Position numbers and translations under genes: made by a program. From the NCBI GenBank assembly GCA_013239625.1, contig MU054096.1, forward strand, positions 141,085 to 205,084: a stretch of 64,000 nt of DNA, written 5' to 3'. Each line of letters opens with the position of its first letter. Position 1 is the stretch's first letter. Below the pieces are notes generated by a model that searched no databases, was not told where the DNA came from, and worked only from the letters and a program-made list of their open reading frames with translations. Positions 40,560 to 52,670 of the stretch are shown in pieces. This DNA is from Lama guanicoe. Lineage: Eukaryota.

Positions 40560-40856
40560 AAAGAAACAGACTCACAGACATAGAGAATAAACCTATGGTT
40601 GCCAGCAGGGAAGGGGGTGGGAAGGGATAAACTGGGAGTTCAAGATTTGCAGATACTGAGTGGTATATAAAACAGATCCACAAGTTTATACTGTACAGCA
40701 CAGGGAACCATATTCTATATCTTGTAGTAGCTCACGGTGAAAAGGAAAATGAAAATGAATATACGTATGTTCATGTATGACTGAAACATTGTGCTGTGCA
40801 CCAGAAATTGACTGAACACTGTAAACTGACTATACTTCAATTAAAAAAAAAAAAAG
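40560..40856 (+). mobile_element. Lineage L1 3'-terminal fragment
   Basis: Homologous to 24825-25290; ends in a poly(A) tail. Confidence 0.88.
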
Positions 40857-43499
40857 AATTGGGAAACAGGCTGTGTAGACCACTACACGTTTTCATATAA
40901 GGGACTAAGAAAGACAAAGGACAACTCACTGTATGCATGGATACACTGCCTGATGGCAGTCACACATCTTTAGTGATGAGGAGAGGCTCACCGTGCAAGA
41001 ACGAATGACTAAGTGTCATCCATTACGCATGTCACACCCTTAACACCTTTAGCTTTCCTCCAACGATTCCACGCCATTCAGTCCCTAAGCATGCACAGGC
41101 AGGTACAAAAAGGCAGCTGTCCCCTGAATAAAAGACGCAGAAGTTGTGCCATCCAAGAGGTAGCACACTGTGTATTATAAAAGGGATTAACTGCTCCCAT
41201 TCCGAACTTTCATCTCCCCGGAACAACTGCCAAGGAAGCAAAACAATACACTTATCCCTCATCTCTAACCAAAAAAAAAAAAAACCAAACCAAAACAAAA
41301 ATACCTTTTACTTCCATGTGGCTGTACTTACATGTTTAGACGTACTAGCACTAATCAGCTAACTGCTTAAGCTGGGCAACCTCACGATACGTATTTATTT
41401 AAAATACATATAGTCTTTGACCTCTAAACATCTATCACAGAGAAACAGTTCCACACGTGCACAAAGGGACGTGTGAAAATGAGGATGTCTGTCACCTCCT
41501 ACGGTCCCCCCAGCCTGCCCCCTCAGACCCCCTTGTGAAGCCTTGAGGAAGTGATTTAACTTAAAGCCAAGCAAGAATATTCCTGCATCGTTAATGTTTG
41601 GGTTTTCAATTAGAATGCTTGCATATGTAACTTGTAGAACAAACTAAAGTTAAAATTTTTAAAGCCTAAAAAATGTACATTTAACAATTATTTTTTTAAA
41701 AGGTGGCGGGGAGGGGAGGGACCTGCATTTCTCCCTTCCCTTAAAAACATCTATTTTTCAACAACTGTGAAACAGGAATCAGGCTATAAAAGCAAACATT
41801 AAGTAGGCACATACACTGGCGACGTCAACATAATACAAGTAACTCAACAAAGTATGCAGGGTGCACATGACTATATATCGAAAATCCCTTAGAACGAAGC
41901 CACCGTTGTTTCAAGGTGGAAATATATTTGTGAAACAAATATACTGCATTTTAAATCCTATCATTTTAGGATAATGCCATATTCTAAGTATAGATTAAGT
42001 TAGTATACTATGCAATGTAAAATTTTATTTGTGTTCTTTTTTGACATATATGCAAAAATACATGTACATATTAAATATTTTAAAGGTTAAACACCAAACT
42101 GTGGACACGGTGTCACAGAGTGGGCTGAGAAAGCAGTGGAGAACAACACAAAGACAGACAAACTGGCAGTGTTTAATTTTTTGTCACAATAAACATGTAA
42201 TTTTGATCATTTTTAAAAAGATAAATTCAAATTTATATCTAATATGTCAGTTACTTTTAAATCTGCAGCTAGAAAAAAACTCTTCATTTTTTAACTTCAA
42301 GAATATAGTGGAAAACCAAAAATGGCAACAGCGAAGAGCCACCCCTGACATGAAAATGTTTTCATTCCCAACCTCAGATGAGTGAGTCACACCAGCCAGT
42401 CTTTACAGAGCCCGCCTAAAGGACACGAAGCCAAGGCACCGGGAAGACTCAAATACACGGAAGAATAAAAAAAGACACCCTAAGTATATAAATGCAAGAC
42501 TGACTCACTCTACTCTTAAGAAAATTATTTTGCCTTGGTTTCAAATTTTTATTTATTAAATAAGGTAACTATTCAGAATATAATTATTCTATAACACAGA
42601 CGACAACAGATTTAAGAATTATTCACATAAGACCATAAAGAAAGTTTACATGTTCTGTATATGAAATGACGTATGTACAAAGTTACTTACTGCAGCTTGT
42701 TAACAGGAAAAGACTGGAAACCACCCTTAAAAGAGGGACAGCAATGCATTTGATGGAATACAAAGCTACTAAAAAAGAGGAAGACACCGTGTACTGACAT
42801 GAAAAATATTTAAGACCTATTCTAAAATGAAATACACAAAAGGTAGAGAACCACATATATCGCATATGGAGGTCCCCAGAAAAAGAATATTTGAATTTAC
42901 ATGATGAACACTGAACGGACATACAAGCAAACAGTAAAACTGGTTACCTCTGGCCGTAGAAGCAGACTTCTGGATTTACTGGGCTTTTACATTGCTTTGA
43001 TTTATTTTAACCACGTGAGTACAGAGGTGGACTTAAGTAGGCAATCTTCCAAAAGCCACGTGACCTACGTACCTTGGTCCTCATCTACAGAGTATTATGC
43101 CCACCTGGAAAACTTGTAGAAGGAGGTGTGACCATGCCAAGCACAGGCGCACAACCACAGAAGAGGCCCGCATGCTACTCAATCTGAATTAGGAAACTAT
43201 GTAATATCTCTATAAAAATGCTTTCTCATCTACCATATAGCCTTAAAACTAGATTAATTAGAGAAGTCTTGACAATTACAGAAACAAATACCTATTAATT
43301 TCCTAATTAAAACTAATGTGAGGATTTAAGATGTGTCCTAAAATAGCATTACGGTTGCAGACGAGAATTATTCACAGGAAACACATTCCTAAATATCCAG
43401 AATGAAATGCCAAGACGAGGCGACTGACTTTCGTAAGGATCTAAAATTGTGTGACTTTAAGAGATTTTCAGATTTTATGATAGGTTATAAATTCAGACA

Positions 43500-43640
43500 C
43501 ACCTAGAGAGCTTGTTAAAAATTCGGCCTCCCGTGGCCCAACAGTGGAGATGCTGACCCCGTGCTTGAGGTGAAGCCCCAGCGGATCCGTATTTTCAATA
43601 ACCTCTACGTGATTCCGCTGCACACCAGTCGGAACACCAT
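43500..43640. mobile_element. MER5A-like hAT fragment
   Basis: cctagagagcttgttaaaaat...gtgattccgctgcacac pattern; heavily diverged. Confidence 0.5.
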
Positions 43641-44870
43641 GTCCTTGACTACGTTACAGACTTAAGTCACACGTGCAAATTGCTCTTCAATAGAGGCTGC
43701 TTCCTGCCCTTAGTCATTTTAGAAGGCCCTCTCGGGACCAGCCTCACTTCATTCACATTGTTGTAATCCTTCAGAAAAATGGAATGTACCTCCGATTCAC
43801 AAGAAAATACCGTAAAGTTACAACACACTCTCGCTGTATTACAAGCAACCCTAAATCTGTTAGTAGTACCCCAGAAGTCAATTTGCATGTCAGAGTATTT
43901 TTCACAAGGTTCCTAGGGCAACCTCTCAAAGTGTATATGCAAATAATAATGCTGTTCCCCGAAATATAAGTTTCCTCCAAATAACACCAATTCCTGACCC
44001 CGTGCCACCTACCACCAAGAGCTGAACTTAAATATCAGAAAACTTTAAATTTATGGGCCCAAAGCTTGAGAGTAAGCAAACAATCTTTCCTAATCCAGTT
44101 AGAAGGAGAAATGATCAGTGACTATTGTTTCATAAAATGAAAAGCCAAAGAACAGAATTCACTGTTCCTAAAGAACTCACCGGGCATTTGTCCCTGAGTC
44201 ATCACTCTAAAATAAGTCGAAGAGATGTGAAAGGTGTATAGAAAATTAAAGCAATTTAAAATTGCTAACTGTAAACTCAGGCCATCGGCCACATCACCAC
44301 AGGAAAAATGTGAAAGCCTTGGGGGGAAATGCATTGTCGCCAGACAGGGCAGCAACCGCATAGATTCAGACCCTGGAACACAAAGCTTCAGACAGTTTTC
44401 CTTGAAATACATACCATGATTAAAACTAAAGATAACTCGAGTTCTAAGAAAAAGCTGCAAGGGGGAAAAGTGAAGAAATCAAAAAATGTGAAGAGCAGGA
44501 GGACTCAGATGTGAGACCTAAAACTGGCAAGTCAGCCTCCAACAACAGAGGATGCTAGGGACACACTGAACTGTCAGAAGGTCCGCGACAAAGCACAAGT
44601 GTCACTGGCAATGGGAAGCCTCACCCGGGTGTGCCTGCAAGTATAAATCACAAGTACTTACTACACTCGTTCTACGAGGAGACACATTCCTTCCAAGTTC
44701 TGATTCAGCACAGACACACCAAAAAACACACCGGGATCATCTGCTTTAAGTTATGAAGTATGTAAACTGATGAACAGAAACGAGGATAATAAGAAAATCT
44801 ATTTCTGAAACGGTCTTTTTAAAAGACGATCTCAACTTTGGCAGTGATTGAAGTGTCTGGAAGAGCTCAG

Positions 44871-44982
44871 GCACCCTGCACACAAGGGGACACACACAGG
44901 CACCCTGTGCACAGGGGGAAACACATGAGCATCCCGCACACAAGGGGGAACACACAAGCACCCCGCACACAAGCGGATACAC
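44871..44982. repeat. ~29-bp minisatellite, about 4 copies
   Basis: gcaccc(t/c)gcacacaaggggga-cacaca unit repeated. Confidence 0.85.
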
Positions 44983-46232
44983 TACGTAAGACCCAGGAGG
45001 CGTTCATTGCGTTGGAGGCTCTAGCAGGTGCTCCGTCGCGATTCCCCGGTTTCGGTCAGCCGGGGGTTATCACTAGCTGAGTATTTTAGAATTCCACTGG
45101 ATTTGTCTCCTGCAAATCAGTGAAAAAGAACCAGAAGTCCCTCAGCACAACGGTTTGTGTGCCTGCTCTTCCCCTGGATAATACCCAGGACCCCATGAAT
45201 CTGATGCCCGAAAAAAGAAGTCTCATTTCCTTAAAGACTAGGAGTTTGGAGTCATCCGTGCATTCCACAAATATTTACTGAGTGTGCACTACGTTCTGAG
45301 CATCAGTCCGGGTACTGGGACACATCAGTGAATAAAAACTGTTAACAGAAACAAATGGCCAGCTTATCTGTCATTTTACAGCTCAGGCAGGGCTTCCCAT
45401 GGCAAGAAATCGGGAGGTTAATGAATTACCTCCATTCCTGATGAATGAGGCCTCACAGACCCACAGGTGTGGATGGGTTTCACTTTTCCAGTGCCATCTT
45501 CTCATTTTATAAACACACACACAGCTTAAGGGACTTGTGGTTCTTTATCCAGGAGACGGCAGGCCAAGGGCACTGTAATATACGCTGAGAACACACAATG
45601 CTTTATAGTATTTATTAAAACTTGCAATTACATGTTTATGGAACCAGCTGCTTGACTGTTTCCCAGCCTGAACAGTAAGTTCCAAGAAGGGAATCTCGTC
45701 TGTTTTGTCACCACTGTCCCCTCGGCATCAAGCAGGCCTGGCCCTTGGTTAATTCCTTTAATAAATCCGCACTGACTGTTGGGTGTGTTCCAAAGGAGAA
45801 GACGCTGGGCTTAAAAAGCACATACACTGACGGACTCCTTCGGAACACAATTAAAGCTCAAACGAAGAAAGGTGCTTAACAGTTTGGAATTTAATACATC
45901 AGTTTATAAACAAAAAAGGCCTGGCATCAACACATGATAAAAATCAAACTTCAATTCACAAGTGGGAACTCACAGCAAATCAAACAAATCTAAGTGTTGT
46001 TTCAAACGGGTCTTACTAATTCCTCTCACAGTCATTTATCCCGCCTGGAAAGGCAAAATCTACGATTTATGTTTTCTTGGTCAAGTGATCACAAATGAGA
46101 CTTTTACACGCCAAAGGCATGATATCAGGGGAAAAAAGCGTTAAAAGATTTTTCAACAATATATCCAACAAGCCTAGCCTAGTACCTTCTTTTCACACCT
46201 GAGGTCAAAGACCCATTATTAAAACAGCAGCG

Positions 46233-46381
46233 GTGGGGGGAGGGTGTAGCTCAGGGGTAGAGTGCGTGCCTAGCAGGCACAAGGTCCTGGGTTCAATCCC
46301 CTGCACCTCCATTGAACAAATAAGTACATAAACAATGCTAATTACCTTCCCCCGAAAACTACAAAAATTAAGAAATGAAAT
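46233..46381 (+). mobile_element. tRNA-derived SINE (vic-1-like)
   Basis: gggggagggtgtagctcag...ggttcaatccc head and A-rich tail; flanking aaa(a/g)cagcag. Confidence 0.85.
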
Positions 46382-46831
46382 AAAGCAGCAGATCTTCATT
46401 TCTTCATCATATAAGACATGCAGCTACAGCCCAAAAGTAACGCCTCCCATAAATTATTATTAACCAGGCAGAGCAACTGCACAGTTACCAAATCCTTCAG
46501 TTTACCTTCAAAGCACGTTTAACCATTAAGACAAAGGAACGTCCTTCCTCCTATCTCAGCCATTTAAAATTGCTTACGGCCTCACTCAAGTAATATTAAC
46601 TACTCAAAAATCGAATGTTAGAGAATAATAAAAAAGCTACACACACTACTAACTTCGCACAAGGATTTACTCTTCTCAGCAGACGCTGGCTTCCATGGCC
46701 AAGGACAGGAAGGATGATGCTATTCTAAGCCAGTGCTAATAAGCCTGACATTTCTTCGAGCTTCGCTATCACGCTCTGAAAGATTCAAACTTGTTTACAA
46801 GTAAAATACAAGATTGTAACTCGGTACGTAC

Positions 46832-46864
46832 GGGTAACTTCCTCTCCAGGCGGAATCTTTCCAT
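46832..46864 (-). CDS. SLC4A7: SLC4A7 alternative first coding exon, MERF N-terminus (MERFRLERKLP)
   Basis: ACCATGG strong Kozak context at 46864, 11 codons, donor CCC|gtacgt in phase 0 joining GPDEEA. Confidence 0.93.
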
Positions 46865-47100
46865 GGTGATGTACGAACGCCTAGTCTTTGACAATGTAAC
46901 GCAGCGAGGCCCCCGCGGAGCCCGGGGACAGTGAGGACACACCTGATTCAGGTCACTGTGCTTTGCACAGATGAACACTTGTAAGTTGCTTTCACCGCAC
47001 AGCCAGTCACTGTCCTCTAAGCCACCTAATCTTCCACGCTAATAACTACAGCTCCCAGGGCGTCACAGCACGAGAGCTCTGACGGTAATACACACATGTA
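46865..47100 (-). promoter_or_regulatory. 5'UTR and proximal (MERF) promoter region of SLC4A7; boundaries approximate
   Basis: Non-repetitive, locally CpG-enriched sequence directly upstream of the MERF ATG. SLC4A7 is known to use separate MEAD and MERF promoters. The transcription start cannot be placed from sequence alone. Confidence 0.5.
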
Positions 47101-48559
47101 GTTATCACTGAAAATACCCAGAGAGGAATGTAGCAACCAGTTTTCAACTGAAACCTTTCTATACCATTAGTTCAAGAGAACACACTCTAAGGGTGTGTTT
47201 TTTGGTTTTTGAGGTTTTTTTTTTAAGAGACTAAAATTTCAACAACATAGTCAGTTAAACCTAGCCCTTAATTTCACTTAATTCCAGGAAAGATCCAGAT
47301 ACATTTTCACCTGAAGAGTTTTGCCTTTTTATCATTACTATATTTATACCAACTTATTGTGTAACCACATTAATAGCAGGATTAATAAATCATATTCTGG
47401 TTTTAATTATCACTGTACCCTCCAAAATTAAGCATTCACATGGGTAACGGCTAAAAGGGAAAAGGAAATTAGTAGCGCACCTCTAACTTTTGGGCTCAAG
47501 ATCTCTTTTCACCTCTAAAAATTACTTAAGACCTCAAAGTGTCTTTGTTTACAAAGTTTACCGTACTTACAATATTTATAATATTACCATATTAACCATT
47601 TTGCAAGTAAAACTGAGAAAATTTTCAAATATATATATTTAAATTCATTTGGAAAAATAATAAAGCCATTACATGTTAACACAAATAACATTTTAATTAA
47701 AAACAACCATTTTCAAAGACAGAACAAGATTTGGTGAGAACAGCTTTTACATTTCTGCAAATCTCTTAATAGCTGACTTAATAGGAGACAACTGGAATTC
47801 TCATATCTACTTCTGTAATCAATTTCACATGATTTGTTATTCGGTTGAATTATATGAAAAAGTTCGGGTACACACAAATACTGTATCAAAAAGACAGGAG
47901 TGTTTTAACTCTCTTTGCAAGTAACCTGATATTCCCCTTTGCCAGGTCACCAAACTCAAACAGTAGTCATTTCTTCAAGGCTACAAGGTGAGGTAGAATC
48001 TGCAGCCTTTTCAAATAAATGTTTTACCCGCACACTGTTACATTAAACCCACTGGTCCACCATACACTTTGAATCCATGTGTATAACTTCACATTTCATT
48101 CCACAATATTAAAAAAAAAATCACATTTGTTAGTATTATCAGTACTCTCACAAGTCTAAGTGTTGAGAAACTGTCAGGGTCAGGCTGGCAGATACGTTTT
48201 TCAAAATTATAATTTCTTCTGAACGTGAGACTCATCATTAGGAACAAATACTCTCCGTTGTTTCTCTGGAAGGGACAGGCTCGCTTCATTTCTTTCTGAG
48301 GAAACAGCTGTCAAATGTCAAGTCTGAATAACCACAGTTAGTCTGCTGTCCTTTCAAGTGACGGCGGCACCCCACGAAAAAGGCAGCTGGGCCCGCTCAC
48401 AATTCAAGCCATCACACCGGTGCTCCCTGACCAGACAACCGCTCACTGCGGTATACAGCAGGCGCCTTTCTGTGTGTGCTTCCTATTCTGTCATCCGGAA
48501 TACTAAAGCAAAGGCTCAGATTTAGTAAAATAGTTTTCACTGCTTCATCAAAGACATTC

Positions 48560-48891
48560 TGTTTTTAAAATATATTTTGATTGAAGTAGAGTCACTTTAC
48601 AATGTGGTGCCAATTTGTGGTGCACAGCACAATGCTTCATCTAGGAACACACATATATTCGTTTTCATGTTCTTCACACGTTACTGCAAGATATTGAACA
48701 TAGCTCCCTGTGCTGTACAGTATGAATGGATTTTGTGAGAATCCTCCTGTCATTCAAAATGAGAGACGCTCTGCCAGAGTTCAGTAGGTGTTCTGTGCGA
48801 TTCGATGGGTCTGTAGATATAATTCTTGGTGTATTTGTGGGAGAGGGCGAGCTGGGAGTCTCTCTACTCCACCATGCTGGCTCCACTCAAA
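48560..48891 (-). mobile_element. L1-derived segment: 5'UTR-like piece joined to an L1 3' end
   Basis: 48560-48725 resembles the L1 3' ends at 24960-25290 and 40690-40850. 48726-48890 reads gagccagcatggtggagtagagagactcccagctcgccctctcccac, like an L1 5' terminus. Confidence 0.6.
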
Positions 48892-49047
48892 AATTAATCT
48901 ATTTACTGTTGTATTTTTTTATTATTATTTTTTTGCAGGGGGGAGGTAATTAGGTTTTATTACTTATTTTTAGAGGAGGTGCTGGGGATTGAACCCAGGA
49001 CCTCGTGCATGCTAAGCATGTGCTCTCCCACTGAGCTCTACCCTCCC
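48892..49047 (-). mobile_element. tRNA-derived SINE (vic-1-like), head of a composite insertion
   Basis: Reverse complement of the same SINE family seen at four other sites. Confidence 0.85.
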
Positions 49048-50702
49048 CAAGGACATTCGGAAGTGAGTAACTCTGCTCTGTTTTTAAACTGCTAGTGCCT
49101 GGTGGTACTGGCTGCTGCCTCCCCAGTTTGTCCTGTGACATGAGTCTTACCCATCACTACTCCCACACAATTAGCGCAACTCCAGCCCAGTTAAGAGGCA
49201 AGTAATGTTCCAGGACTGCTATGAAAAAATCATTTTGATCTTGCAGACCCTCTGGAAGGATCTCAGGGGCTGGCAGAGGTCCTTGAGTGGCACTTTGAGA
49301 ACTCCTGTAGAAAAATTCAGGTTTAAAATACATAATTAAAGAATTGTAAGTGAATATTTCTTTTTGTTTTCTCTGTGATGTTATTTGTTCAACGAATATT
49401 TTAACAGGTATAGAAGGAGAAAAGGTAAAAAAAGTATGATTTTGTTATTCTGGATTTCTAGGAAATGATACAAAATATTTATTAGCACCAATTCTGTGCT
49501 AAAACTTCGCTAAACACTGTCATACATGTTATACAGCAGCACATTCAGGTATTTCATTTAATGCTCTCAACTCTGATGAAAACTCAGAGAGGGTAAGCAA
49601 CTTCTCCAAAGCGCCACAGCTAGCAGACAGTGGGTTTAGGATTCAAACCCAGTCCTTCCAGTCCATGCTTTTCCTCCATTCCAGCTACATAAAATAAAAC
49701 TTAAGAAAAAAAATTTCTGATAATAGTTGATTAAAACAAAATTCTAACTGAGTAAGAACAAATAAAATAAAATGTCCACTGAAGTCAAATAAAATATAAA
49801 AAGTAAAGTCCTACTACCAGCTAACCCTATAGAATTCACTGACAACATGCATCAAAACAAAATTAGAAATTTAGGCTGAAGTAATACATCAAACAGAAAA
49901 AAATACTTTGTTTTAATCTTCCTCGAGCTATACGAGACAGCACCCGCCAGGCAAAAGACATGCCGAAGCCTTCAAGTACAGCTTCGGTTTTTTTAAACTT
50001 CTCTAAGAATTAGAGACCCACTCAATGATAGCAACAGCTACAATAAAGTTTTTTTTAATTTTTAAAAAGTCAACCTTTCTGTGATTTATACTTGGCAAAT
50101 ATACATAAATCTGAAGAAACAGATAGACAGAATATATGTGATTCACTGATTTTTTAAATTCTCAATGCATCTAGCCCAGAATAAAGGTCACCTGCAAACA
50201 GCCAGGTTCCACACCAGCTTCCACAAGGACCACTTGACGTGTCCCTGCTGTTCCCTCCCCACCAGCACTGAACAGCTTACTCAGCCTCCTGGCAGCACAC
50301 GCCTCACCTGCACTGGATTATCAGAGCCCTGGGCACAGGGATTTAGGGAGAAGGGAGGGAGAGAGAGAAAAAGAAAAAGGCTACGAGGTCTCAGGGGAAC
50401 AAGAGAAATGAGGTGCATACACATTTTTAACTCCCCAAATTGTAGAACAAAATGTCATCCTCCATCAAAACACAGAAGAGCCACTTCTCCAGTGTCACCT
50501 GTTGGGACGCAGTCCTGGACGCTACTGAACCAATATGCAAAGGAAAAAGCTTAAAGCAAGTTTTAGACACTAAGTAGAAAGGTAAAGTAAGTTGTAGTCT
50601 ACTACTTCCCTGATAAAATAAAGATGTTAACAATAAACTCAGGGCTTTTAATCGGGCTGGTCCTTTAAAGGTTTCTTCTCAGTTGTATTTTATCAGCAAT
50701 AC

Positions 50703-51150
50703 TTTTTTTTTAAACCAATCTAATGAGGTATGATTGACACATAAAAAGCTCGAGTCTGGGGACAACTGTACACTCATGAAATCACCGCCACCATCAAGGC
50801 CACAGACACACGTCACCTCTCAAAGCTTCCTCACACCCCCTTATTAGTATTATTGTGAGCGGGGGGAGGGTGGGGAAAGAGGACTTAACTTGTAAGATCT
50901 ACTCTTAAAACATGTAAATGGCACACTGCAGTGTTGTTAGCGACGGGCTCTATGCTGTACGTATTATAGATCTTGCTTAACTGAAACGTGTACCCTTAGA
51001 CCCTCACCTCCTCATTTCCCCTCCTCCTAGCCTCTGGCAACCACCATTCTACTCTCTGCTTCTGTGATTTTGACTCTTTTAGATTCTGCATACCAGTGAA
51101 ATCATACAGTATGTGTCATTCTGTATCTGGCTTATTTGACTAAGCAATAA
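50703..51150 (-). mobile_element. Old L1 3' end
   Basis: ctcctagcctctggcaaccaccattctactctctgcttctg...atcatacagtatgtgtcattctgtatctggcttatt. Confidence 0.8.
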
Positions 51151-51764
51151 ATACATTTACATGAATCAACAGTTTCTCACTTATTCCCTTGGTTCCTCTG
51201 CCCCATTTTCAAGTTTTTCTCCACTTTGTAATACAAAGAAATACACGTATATTTTTTTTTGTTTTACCAAAATGTTAGCTACATACAACTCACTGTTGTA
51301 TACATAACTTGCTTTTTCCCACTTAAAAATATACCCTAAAGATTTCTCTGTATCTGTACATGGAACTTACATTTTAATATCATCTATTAAATTAACCTGT
51401 ATATGGTAGAAAACTTAAATAGAACTGTCCCCAAATAATCATTCCTCCCATTCAACTTGCACTCACCAGATATAACTTTGTTTCTGCCTCAGATTGTTCG
51501 TGGTAGCTAGAGTTGTCACCATAATGTTAAATAATGTACCATTTGAGACCGGACCTATCTATTCTACAAAAAGAAAAATCAGGTTTTTTAACCCACATAT
51601 ACCTTTTCCACTTACAGTCTCCCTTCACATTTCAGTTTTGATCAGAATTTTTATATCAAGATTGATATATTCTGCCGCATATTTATAATGAGGCCGTCTA
51701 AGCTGTGTCCGTCCTCTGGTTAATTCCAAAATGTCAAAATCAGTGTTAAAAACCAGCAATGCAT

Positions 51765-51960
51765 TACATACAAGATCTTGTTGTGGTGGCTCACAGCGAA
51801 AAAAAGAATGTGACAATGAATATATGTATGTTCATGTATAACCAAAAAATTGTGCTCTACACTGGAATTTGACACAACATTGTAAAATAACTATTGCTCA
51901 ATAAAAAAGTTTAAAAACAAACAAACAAACAAACAAACAAATAAATAAATTTTTTTTAAA
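51765..51960 (+). mobile_element. Lineage L1 3'-terminal fragment
   Basis: gaatatatgtatgttcatgtataac...ctcaataaaaaa tail; TSD-like aaaaa(c/g)cagca(a/c)tgcat. Confidence 0.8.
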
Positions 51961-51974
51961 AAAAGCAGCACTGC

Positions 51975-52182
51975 ATGGAGTTGACGCCCCGCTGGCCCCC
52001 GCCCCGGGCAGTGGGGTTTGGAAAGCGGTCCCTCCCCAAGCCCCCAGGCGGACAGCTCTGAGACACAGCTCACGAGGCTCCTCCCAGGGCTCGCTTGTTT
52101 CTTGGGATCACTTCACCACCACGTTACCTGCACACAAGCCTCTGTCTCAGACTCTGCTTTTGGGAAAAGCCAAGCTAACACA
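51975..52182 (+). mobile_element. ERVL LTR16-like fragment
   Basis: Ends tacctgcacacaagcctctgtctcagactctgcttttgggaaaagccaagctaacaca, like LTR16-family 3' termini. Confidence 0.5.
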
Positions 52183-52184
52183 CC

Positions 52185-52670
52185 CAATAAAAAATGCACA
52201 CATATATACACCAAAGGACATGCAAAGGAATGTCCATAGCAGCATCATTCATTGTAACACAAAACTGGAGACGATCCACACATCCAAAAAGAGGAATACA
52301 AATGGACTGAGGTACATTCATGTATTGTAACTCCATGAAGCAATGAAACTAACTAAACAAACCAGCGCTACAGGCACAAATATGGATAAATCTCACAACC
52401 ATAACCTTGAGTGAAAAAAGCCAAACATATAATTCATATCATATGATTCCATTTAGATAAAATTTTAAAATAAGGAAAACTATTGTGTTCCTACCTTTAA
52501 GCAGGAGGGAGGAGGGAGTAAATGAAGGTCTTTCTGGAGTGCCAGCAATGGTCTACTATTTCTTTTCTAAAGTGATAGTTACATGAATTTCTTTGCTTTT
52601 TGATAATTGGCCACATTTACTATTTGTACATGTTTGTATATGTTTTACTTCAATTAAAAAAATCTAAAAT
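52185..52670 (+). mobile_element. Old L1ME-type 3' end
   Basis: aggaatgtccatagcagcatcattc...atggataaatctcacaaccataaccttgagtgaaaaaagcca...atgattccattt. Confidence 0.75.

Larger units (their letters stand above)
47472..49307. mobile_element. Charlie1-type hAT element, interrupted at 48560-49047 by a retroposed composite
   Basis: Termini ctctaactttttgggctcaagatctc... and ...gaccctctggaaggatctcagggg...cactttgagaactcctg; the element sequence continues across the insertion. Confidence 0.75.
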
